Shown here: positions 30,176 through 38,600 of the stretch, piece after piece | How the letters are laid out: every line of letters starts with the position of its first letter | Position numbering within the stretch: position 1 is the first letter of the stretch | Program-made: the position numbers and the translations under genes | Notes under the pieces: generated by a model | What the model saw: only the letters and a program-made list of their open reading frames with translations | What the model was told of the DNA's origin: nothing | The model's database searches: none | Assembly (NCBI GenBank): GCA_964057225.1 | Contig: CAXKVF010000073.1 | Location: forward strand, 1-64,000 | DNA: 64,000 bases | Reading direction: 5' to 3' | Source: Auanema rhodensis | Taxonomy: Eukaryota > Animalia > Nematoda

Positions 30176-30622
30176 TAGGTATACTGCGAAAAAGCATCTT
30201 ACAATATGAACTGGGGAAAGTAAATTAAAAATTACAATCAGAAAAATTAGAAAAAGGATGAAAGTGGTAAATAGTTGTATAATAGAATAGACTAGAATAC
30301 AAGAAATATAACAAAACGATATTGAAGCATATGAGATTCTATTACTATTTCTCAGCAGTTTGTGAAAACAAAAACAGATTATGTTCAGCAAAGTTTGATG
30401 AACTGACTCTTTAAATATAGCTGATCAGGTGCGGTGGAACTCAGAAATGAGTCAAGCCCGTTCTAATAGCAAAGAGAAAAACTGTTACTCATTGCTACGA
30501 CTGATGTTGATACAGTATAGATGACAGTAGCAGTCTGGCAGAAAAAAAAAGTAAGAAAAGAACCTTGTATGTTAATTGAAAAGAAAACGATGATACAGAT
30601 TAAAAAAAAAAAAAAATAATGG

Positions 30623-33439
30623 TCACGATAAAATATGAGACAAGATATGTTTCCGGAAAGAATGTTTTGTACGAAGGCTGACTATGGCTTCAGGAAGAGA
30701 GTTCCATAGATTTACAGTTCTGTATTCAATTCCATTCCTTGTTTCTGTCCTCCATAGAGTAGGATGAGCTAGATTCCATTGGTGTCTGCGCAGAGAATTC
30801 AGATTCTTGATAATGAAAAAAGATTGTGAGTTTCCTGTGGCTTCTATTGTTATATGAGCAAAATAGAACAATAGATCAGAAAGAACCCTCCTAGTTATCA
30901 GATCTTCAGTTTCAAGATAAGATAGCTGATCTTTGTAAGTTAGGTCAAGACCGGCTCGGCCAAAGATTGCTTTAAAAAACTTTTTCTGAACTTTTTCTAT
31001 TCGTTGTTTGCCTGCAATGTTCTGTGGTGACCAGATAACTGATCCATATTCAAGTATGGGTCGGACGTAACAGCTGAAAAGTTTGAACAATAATTTAGGA
31101 CATTTAGAGTAGAAACAACGGAGAATAGTTCGGCATTTGACGGCCGCAATACTACAAATTGAATTAATGTGTTTTTCGAAAGACAAGTTATTTTCCGTCC
31201 AAATACCCAGATCTTTGTATGCAGATACTATAGAGAGAGATGAATCGCCAAAAGTGAAATTATTAATGTTGTGATAATTAGATGATTTGTTAGAGACAAT
31301 CATTACTTTAGATTTTTCGGTGTTGACTTTCATTTTGTTATCATGACACCATTTGTAAAGAGAATTAAGAGCATTTTGAAGGCTCTCAGGGTTACAACTA
31401 TGAAGTTTTAGATCATCAGCATATAAAATGGGATGAACATCGGATGTGAATAAGGAAGTTATGTCGTTTATGTAAAACAGAAACAGTAGAGGGCCAAGAA
31501 CCGTTCCTTGAGGAACCCCACATGTAAGACTAACAGGGTCGGATAGACTTTTGTTGATGAGTACAGAGTAAGAACGGTTTTGGATAAAAGATCCAAGAAA
31601 ATTAAGAAGAGACCCACGAATTCCAATAGATTTCAATTTTGCAAAGAGAATGGAGTGATCAATGAGATCGAATGCTTTTGAGAAATCAATAAACGCAACA
31701 AAAACTGTATTTTTATCATCAATAAGTGATCTCCATTTGATATGGCTGGAAACAAGGGCTGTTACAGTGCTGCGTTTAGGAAGAAAAGCGTGCTGAACAT
31801 TGGAAATGCTGCCCGAGGATACACCAAAATGAAGAAGGGGAGATCGAATAAGTCGTTCAAAGACTTTAGATAAACTTGGGGTTAGTGAGATTGGACGGTA
31901 ATTAGAAGGATCAGAAGGGTTGCCTTTCTTGAAAACCGGACGTATCCAAGCTGTTTTCCAGTCAGGAGGACAAGAAGAAGAAACAAGGAGGTTATGAAAA
32001 ATAAACGAGAGAGGATTGCAGAGGGTGCCTGCACATTGTTTGAGAAAGTAGTACGGAATTCCATCCGGAGAAGTAGATGCGCGCGAAGGAAGGTGAGAAA
32101 GAATGTTGAAAACCTTTTCAGGGGAGATGTCGATGAAGTCAATGACTGATGGAGAGTAATTGAGAAGATGAGAGTAAGTGGAAGATGAAGAGGGTTTGAC
32201 AGCAAAGACGGAGGAAAAAATTTCAGCTTTGTCTACGTCAGAGAAAACCAAAGTTTCGTTGATTTGTAGAGTAGGGATATCAGAAGAGTCTTTACCAAGT
32301 CGTTCGCGACAGAATTGAAAAAATGCTTTTGAATTGTTGGTAGAAGCTATGTTGTTTTCATCAATGGCAGATTTGAGTTTGATGAGTTTATCTAAGGTGA
32401 CAGATAGCTTTTTGCGAAGAAGCTCATCCTGAGCGAAAAGAGAGTTGCTTAACCGGTTAACACGATTGTTAAGTTTCTGAATGTCACGATCAAGTTTTTT
32501 TCTTTTCTTTGCCTTTTTGAATGGGACACAGCTTTGAATTATTGATTGGACAATTGCAATAAACTTAGAATAGGAAGTTATAGCGTTTAGACCACATAAT
32601 TCAGTAGCGAAGTCAATGCCAGCTAAAAGGCTATTTATTTTACCATAATCGGCCGAGAAAAAGTTACGACTAGAAAAAGAGGAAGAGAGAGAAGAGGGCC
32701 TGGAAGTAGCAACTTTGTTGATTTGAGCAAATGTGAGAGGATCCAAAATAATGTTAAAGAAAACCGAGTAATGATCAGATTGGCCAAGAGGGCTATTGCG
32801 AGAAATGTTCTCTACACAGTGAACACTGTTGGTGATAATGTAATCCAAGATGTTTTTACCTCTGGTTGGGAAAGTAACTAATTGACTGGATGAAGACTGT
32901 TGAAGAAAGTTGAGAATAGATGAAGTAGAGGGGGAACTGCTTGACGAATGGATGAGATCCCAGTCAATGTGAGGGAAATTAAGATCGCCTGTTAAGAAAA
33001 ACCTGCGGTTCGAGATAAGAGTTTGAAATTCGGTTAGAAAAAAAAGAAAGTCAGAGTGCTGAGATGATGGAGAACGATAGCAGATTGAGAAAACGACGTC
33101 AGAAGGTATAATGAGAACATTGAGGTATTGAACAGTTGATTGAGAAGGAGAGCATGAGAGAAGACGACTATTAATGTGTTTTTTAATATAGAGGAGGACT
33201 CCTCCTCCTCGAGAAGTTGATCTGTCATCACGGAAAATGCAGTAAGAATCTCTCAAAGGAAGGGAGCTAGAGTTGAAATCAGGAAACAGCCAGGTCTCAG
33301 ATATAGCAATAATGTCTGGACTGAGAGTCGAATGAACAATTGGTATTAAGTGTAATTTATTGACAATAGATCGTGCGTTATAACAAGAGACTGTAATTTT
33401 ACTACATGCAGCAGTAGAGATTGTTGATTGGAAATTAAC
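30623..33439 (-). CDS. LINE ORF2: APE-type endonuclease + reverse transcriptase (probably expressed as a +1 frameshift fusion with ORF1)
   Basis: APE motifs YNARS, ISETWL, RGGGV, YRSP, GDLN, PTR..NILDY, SDH. RT motifs PDGIP, WKTAWIRPVFKKG, YRPISL, QHAF, DFSKAFD, GVPQGTVLGP, YADD, DLGI. The frame is open from 33583 to the stop at 30623. The track's start at 33502 is TTG, and the first ATG is at 31333. The 5' coordinate given here is the first +1-frame codon after the proposed shift site. Confidence 0.95.
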   Translation of the reverse strand, partial: VNFQSTISTAACSKITVSCYNARSIVNKLHLIPIVHSTLSPDIIAISETWLFPDFNSSSLPLRDSYCIFRDDRSTSRGGGVLLYIKKHINSRLLSCSPSQSTVQYLNVLIIPSDVVFSICYRSPSSQHSDFLFFLTEFQTLISNRRFFLTGDLNFPHIDWDLIHSSSSSPSTSSILNFLQQSSSSQLVTFPTRGKNILDYIITNSVHCVENISRNSPLGQSDHYSVFFNIILDPLTFAQINKVATSRPSSLSSSFSSRNFFSADYGKINSLLAGIDFATELCGLNAITSYSKFIAIVQSIIQSCVPFKKAKKRKKLDRDIQKLNNRVNRLSNSLFAQDELLRKKLSVTLDKLIKLKSAIDENNIASTNNSKAFFQFCRERLGKDSSDIPTLQINETLVFSDVDKAEIFSSVFAVKPSSSSTYSHLLNYSPSVIDFIDISPEKVFNILSHLPSRASTSPDGIPYYFLKQCAGTLCNPLSFIFHNLLVSSSCPPDWKTAWIRPVFKKGNPSDPSNYRPISLTPSLSKVFERLIRSPLLHFGVSSGSISNVQHAFLPKRSTVTALVSSHIKWRSLIDDKNTVFVAFIDFSKAFDLIDHSILFAKLKSIGIRGSLLNFLGSFIQNRSYSVLINKSLSDPVSLTCGVPQGTVLGPLLFLFYINDITSLFTSDVHPILYADDLKLHSCNPESLQNALNSLYKWCHDNKMKVNTEKSKVMIVSNKSSNYHNINNFTFGDSSLSIVSAYKDLGIWTENNLSFEKHINSICSIAAVKCRTILRCFYSKCPKLLFKLFSCYVRPILEYGSVIWSPQNIAGKQRIEKVQKKFFKAIFGRAGLDLTYKDQLSYLETEDLITRRVLSDLLFYFAHITIEATGNSQSFFIIKNLNSLRRHQWNLAHPTLWRTETRNGIEYRTVNLWNSLPEAIVSLRTKHSFRKHILSHILS

Positions 33440-33446
33440 GAAAGGA
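33435..33446 (-). promoter_or_regulatory. Candidate +1 programmed ribosomal frameshift site UCC_UUU_CGU_UAA
   Basis: The last ORF1 codons read TCC TTT CGT TAA. The +1 frame reads TTC GTT AAT..., which is ORF2. The motif is identical to the influenza A PA-X shift motif. Confidence 0.7.
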
Positions 33447-34514
33447 TGTTTGGCTGGGCAGATTGGACGGGGAATTAGGCAAAGTAGATGTATTTCTAAC
33501 AATGTTAGCAGTAGGATCTGGAACAGATTTAGCTCGGCGAGAAGGGTTTTTTCTTCTTCTTTGGCTGCTACATCTTTCTTTGTTTATTGGAGCGGGCTGT
33601 CCCTTAGTTATAGGCCGGCCTCTTCTACCAGATTTAGACGGGGGACTAGAATCAAGGTCATGCGTAAAAATAGGCATGTCAGACATTGGAGCAATGCATG
33701 AATTGGTAGTTTCAGAGTCCAAGCCTGTAGGGGAAACAACATATTTAGCACTGGATGTGTCTTTTGGGGCAGTGCCTGTGTTGGTGAGTCTACGAGGTAC
33801 TTTTATAAGCTTTAGATCTCGAACAAGAAAAATGAATTCAGTGTCGTCAGAGTTTTTGCTTTTGGCTTCGTCACGAAGCCGTTTTTCTAGTTCCACCTCA
33901 AAGGGTAGATAATCACGACGAACAAATGTTTTGGATAGTGAGTTGGAAATTTTAGGTTTGTGAGATCTTATAGCTGCTATAACAGTATCTCGAATACTGA
34001 CCGAAGGACACGTTATGATAAGTGGACCAGGGGACCCTGATTTGAGGGTGCAGCGAGTAACGAATATGTGATTGGAATTGAGTAAAGAAATAAGACTAGT
34101 ATCACTGCAGCTATCAAAAACAAGTTTGAGAAGAGAACGGGCATCGCTAGGCAGATCAGGTGACGTGACTGGAACCCGGAACCAGAGAGCTCTCAAGGAA
34201 CGGTGAGCAAATTTAGATTCTTCTAACCTAATTTTATTCACTTCAGTTATAACAGTATTTGAACACGGAAGTGTAGGCAATATGCAAGCACTTTCGTTAC
34301 CCATGAAAGCAGTGAACTTATTTTCTAAAGCGTTGAGTCTTGAGTTGAACTCAGTTTCAATTACTTTCAAACGAGATTCATGCAATGCGATACAGTTTTT
34401 GATACTATGCAGGTCGCTTTTGATTTCTAGAGAAAAACTTGAGAAAGTGGAATGAAGAGATTCCGTGAGAGATTTCAGAGAAGCAGTAAGAAACTCGGGA
34501 GTGACTGTAGACAT
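33435..34514 (-). CDS. LINE ORF1 protein (359 aa; predicted coiled coil, central RNA-binding-like region, basic Ser/Pro-rich tail)
   Basis: ATG at 34514 (MSTVTPEF...) directly follows the low-complexity UTR. Heptad-like region IKSDLHSIKNCIALHESRLKVIETEFNSRLNALE; FVRRDY...LRDEAK...VRDLKL block; basic GRRGRP/RRRKNPSRR tail. It lies upstream of ORF2. Confidence 0.85.
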   Translation of the reverse strand: MSTVTPEFLTASLKSLTESLHSTFSSFSLEIKSDLHSIKNCIALHESRLKVIETEFNSRLNALENKFTAFMGNESACILPTLPCSNTVITEVNKIRLEESKFAHRSLRALWFRVPVTSPDLPSDARSLLKLVFDSCSDTSLISLLNSNHIFVTRCTLKSGSPGPLIITCPSVSIRDTVIAAIRSHKPKISNSLSKTFVRRDYLPFEVELEKRLRDEAKSKNSDDTEFIFLVRDLKLIKVPRRLTNTGTAPKDTSSAKYVVSPTGLDSETTNSCIAPMSDMPIFTHDLDSSPPSKSGRRGRPITKGQPAPINKERCSSQRRRKNPSRRAKSVPDPTANIVRNTSTLPNSPSNLPSQTSFR

Positions 34515-34727
34515 AATGACAGAGCGTAAAAAGTAAGGAAAGAAAAAATAAAGATAAAGGAAATGATAAAAAGAAGAAAAATAAAAAGAAGAAAGAAAGG
34601 AAAAAAGAAGATATAGAGAGGATATGAAAAAGAAAAGAAAGAGAAGAGAGAGAAAAATGAAAGAAAAAAAGAAAAAGGAAATAAATGAATACGGAAAAAA
34701 AGAAAAAGAAAAAAGAAGAAAAAAGTA
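34515..34727 (-). other. ~210-nt U/C-rich low-complexity tract in the LINE 5' UTR
   Basis: The plus strand is almost entirely A/G. The tract ends just before the ORF1 ATG. Confidence 0.85.
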
Positions 34728-34812
34728 CCTTACTAAAACCAATCCGGCGTAAAACAAGAGTAGACTTCGGTTGCGGCGGGGTTGGAGCAGTAGGGAGACA
34801 ACCGACCACGAG

Positions 34813-35514
34813 GAGTCGAAAATGTAGTGTGAGTCGAAAATGTAGTGTGAGTCGAAAATGTAGTGTGAGTCGAAAATGTAGTGTGAGTCGAAAATGTAGT
34901 GTGAGTCGAAAATGTAGTGTGAGTCGAAAATGTAGTGTGAGTCGAAAATGTAGTGTGAGTCGAAAATGTAGTGTGAGTCGAAAATGTAGTGTGAGTCGAA
35001 AATGTAGTGTGAGTCGAAAATGTAGTGTGAGTCGAAAATGTAGTGTGTGTCGAAAATGTAGTGTGAGTCGAAAATGTAGTGTGAGTCGAAAATGTAGTGT
35101 GAGTCGAAAATGTAGTGTGAGTCGAAAATGTAGTGTGAGTCGAAAATGTAGTGTGAGTCGAAAATGTAGTGTGAGTCGAAAATGTAGTGTGAGTCGAAAA
35201 TGTAGTGTGAGTCGAAAATGTAGTGTGAGTCGAAAATGTAGTGTGAGTCGAAAATGTAGTGTGAGTCGAAAATGTAGTGTGAGTCGAAAATGTAGTGTGA
35301 GTCGAAAATGTAGTGTGAGTCGAAAATGTAGTGTGAGTCGAAAATGTAGTGTGAGTCGAAAATGTAGTGTGAGTCGAAAATGTAGTGTGAGTCGAAAATG
35401 TAGTGTGAGTCGAAAATGTAGTGTGAGTCGAAAATGTAGTGTGAGTCGAAAATGTAGTGTGAGTCGAAAATGTAGTGTGGGTCGAAAATGTAGTGTGAGT
35501 CGAAAATGTAGTGT
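34813..35514 (-). repeat. 18-bp minisatellite, 39 copies (ACACTACATTTTCGACTC on the element strand), at the LINE 5' end
   Basis: 702 bp = 39 x GAGTCGAAAATGTAGTGT with only two substitutions (35048 A>T, 35480 A>G). It lies inside the TSDs. Confidence 0.98.
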
Positions 35515-35533
35515 ACATTTAATTAGCATAAAT
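35511..35533 (+). repeat. Target-site duplication, right copy
   Basis: Identical to 30075-30097. Its first 4 bp (GTGT) also complete the last 18-bp unit. Confidence 0.8.
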
Positions 35534-35687
35534 CAAAGTTCACGTAAATTTCAAAGTCATGGTTACCATGCACCAATATCAATAAAAAGTTGTTTTTAGA
35601 CTAATATGGACATGGGGAATCTAATTTTGAAAACCGCATCTCTTTATCTTTCACGTGAAGCGAGTTACATACCAAGTGCACATCACG

Positions 35688-38600
35688 TGTACATTTAATT
35701 AGCATAAATTAAAGTTCACGTAAATTTCAAAGTCATGGTTACCATGCACCAATATCAATAAAAATTTGTTTTTAGACTAATATGGACATGGGGAATCTAA
35801 TTTTGAAAACCGCATCTCTTTATCTTTCACGTGAAGCGAGTTACATACCAAGTGCACATCACGTGTACATTTAATTAGCATAAATTAAAGTTCACGTAAA
35901 TTTCAAAGTCATGGTTACCATGCACCAATATCAATAAAAATTTGTTTTTAGACTAATATGGACATGGGGAATCTAATTTTGAAAACCGCATCTCTTTATC
36001 TTTCACGTGAAGCGAGTTACATACCAAGTGCACATCACGTGTACATTTAATTAGCATAAATTAAAGTTCACGTAAATTTCAAAGTCATGGTTACCATGCA
36101 CCAATATCAATAAAAATTTGTTTTTAGACTAATATGGACATGGGGAATCTAATTTTGAAAACCGCATCTCTTTATCTTTCACGTGAAGCGAGTTACATAC
36201 CAAGTGCACATCACGTGTACATTTAATTAGCATAAATCAAAGTTCACGTAAATTTCAAAGTCATGGTTACCATGCACCAATATCAATAAAAAGTTGTTTT
36301 TAGACTAATATGGACATGGGGAATCTAATTTTGAAAACCGCATCTCTTTATCTTTCACGTGAAGCGAGTTACATACCAAGTGCACATCACGTGTACATTT
36401 AATTAGCATAAATTAAAGTTCACGTAAATTTCAAAGTCATGGTTACCATGAAGCAATATCAATAAAAATTTGTTTTTAGACTAATATGGACATGGGGAAT
36501 CTAATTTTGAAAACCGCATCTCTTTATCTTTCACGTGAAGCGAGTTACATACCAAGTGCATATCACGTGTACATTTAATTAGCATGAATTAAAGTTCACG
36601 TAAATTTCAAAGTCATGGTTACCATGCACCAATATCAATAAAAATTTGTTTTTAGACTAATATGGACATGGGGAATCTAATTTTGAAAACCGCATCTCTT
36701 TATCTTTCACGTGAAGCGAGTTACATACCAAGTGCACATCACGTGTACATTTAATTAGCATAAATTAAAGTTCACGTAAATTTCAAAGTCATGGTTACCA
36801 TGCACCAATATCAATAAAAATTTGTTTTTAGACTAATATGGACATGGGGAATCTAATTTTGAAAACCGCATCTCTTTATCTTTCACGTGAAGCGAGTTAC
36901 ATACCAAGTGCACATCACGTGTACATTTAATTAGCATAAATTAAAGTTCACGTAAATTTCAAAGTCATGGTTACCATGAAGCAATATCAATCAAAATTTG
37001 TTTTTAGACTAATATGGACATGGGGAATCTAATTTTGAAAACCGCATCTCTTTATCTTTCACGTGAAGCGAGTTACATACCAAGTGCACATCACGTGTAC
37101 ATTTAATTAGCATAAATTAAAGTTCACGTAAATTTCAAAGTCATGGTTACCATGAAGCAATATCAATAAAAATTTGTTTTTAGACTAATATGGACATGGG
37201 GAATCTAATTTTGAAAACCGCATCTCTTTATCTTTCACGTGAAGCGAGTTACATACCAAGTGCACATCACGTGTACATTTAATTAGCATGAATTAAAGTT
37301 CACGTAAATTTCAAAGTCATGGTTACCATGCACCAATATCAATAAAAATTTGTTTTTAGACTAATATGGACATGGGGAATCTAATTTTGAAAACCGCATC
37401 TCTTTATCTTTCACGTGAAGCGAGTTACATACCAAGTGCACATCACGTGTACATTTAATTAGCATAAATTAAAGTTCACGTAAATTTCAAAGTCATGGTT
37501 ACCATGCACCAATATCAATAAAAATTTGTTTTTAGACTAATATGGACATGGGGAATCTAATTTTGAAAACCGCATCTCTTTATCTTTCACGTGAAGCGAG
37601 TTACATACCAAGTGCACATCACGTGTACATTTAATTAGCATAAATTAAAGTTCACGTAAATATCAAAGTCATGGTTACCATGCACCAATATCAATAAAAA
37701 GTTGTTTTTAGACTAATATGGACATGGGGAATCTAATTTTGAAAACCGCATCTCTTTATCTTTCACGTGAAGCGAGTTACATACCAAGTGCACATCACGT
37801 GTACATTTAATTAGCATAAATTAAAGTTCACGTAAATTTCAAAGTCATGGTTACCATGAACCAATATCAATAAAAATTTGTTTTTAGACTAATATGGACA
37901 TGGGGAATCTGATTTTGAAAACCGCATCTCTTTATCTTTCACGTGAAGCGAGTTACATACCAAGTGCACATCACGTGTACATTTAATTAGCATAAATTAA
38001 AGTTCACGTAAATTTCAAAGTCATGGTTACCATGAAGCAATATCAATAAAAATTTGTTTTTAGACTAATATGGACATGGGGAATCTAATTTTGAAAACCG
38101 CATCTCTTTATCTTTCACGTGAAGCGAGTTACATACCAAGTGCACATCACGTGTACATTTAATTAGCATAAATTAAAGTTCACGTAAATTTCAAAGTCAT
38201 GGTTACCATGAACCAATATCAATAAAAATTTGTTTTTAGACTAATATGGACATGGGGAATCTAATTTTGAAAACCGCATCTCTTTATCTTTCACGTGAAG
38301 CGAGTTACATACCAAGTGCACATCACGTGTACATTTAATTAGCATAAATTAAAGTTCACGTAAAATTCAAAGTCATGGTTACCATGCACCAATATCAATA
38401 AAAATTTGTTTTTAGACTAATATGGACATGGGGAATCTAATTTTGAAAACCGCATCTCTTTATCTTTCACGTGAAGCGAGTTACATACCAAGTGCACATC
38501 ACGTGTACATTTAATTAGCATAAATTAAAGTTCACGTAAATTTCAAAGTCATGGTTACCATGAAGCAATATCAATAAAAATTTGTTTTTAGACTAATATG

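Larger units (their letters stand above)
30098..35510 (-). mobile_element. Apparently full-length non-LTR retrotransposon (LINE, CR1-like), ~5.4 kb
   Basis: On the minus strand: 18-bp 5' tandem array, pyrimidine-rich 5' UTR, ORF1, overlapping ORF2 (APE+RT), ~490-nt 3' UTR and (TAAA)n tail, flanked by a direct duplication of satellite sequence. Clade is inferred from the absence of RNase H/CCHC domains, the C-terminal YVRPILEY..VIWSP, IEKVQKKF and WNSLP motifs, and the simple-repeat tail. Confidence 0.95.

Noticed and set aside
30602-30616. A15 run as a poly(A) tail
   Set aside because: It is U15 on the element strand just after the ORF2 stop. The real 3' end is the (TAAA)n tail at the TSD.
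33546-33553. In-frame A_AAA_AAC -1 slippery heptamer in the ORF1/ORF2 overlap
   Set aside because: A -1 shift enters the third frame and hits TAA within about six codons. ORF2 is in the +1 frame, so this cannot give the fusion.
30164-33912. Small ORFs 30164-30391, 31882-32205, 33034-33231, 33450-33701 and 33463-33912
   Set aside because: They are 3' UTR, alternate-frame or antisense shadows of the LINE ORFs with no recognisable motifs.
34515-34757. 81-aa Phe/Ser/Leu-rich N-terminal extension of ORF1 in the track
   Set aside because: It is the U/C-rich UTR read from a non-ATG start. The ATG at 34514 is the plausible start.
34813-35514. CRISPR array or true telomere
   Set aside because: There are no spacers or cas genes. 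The array is internal, bounded by TSDs, and is not a telomeric motif I recognise.
34405-35599. ORFs of 374, 304 and 261 aa with (LTLHFR)n, (SRKCSV)n and (THTTFS)n
   Set aside because: They are translations of the 18-bp repeat in stop-free frames on both strands. They start or end in satellite or low-complexity DNA.
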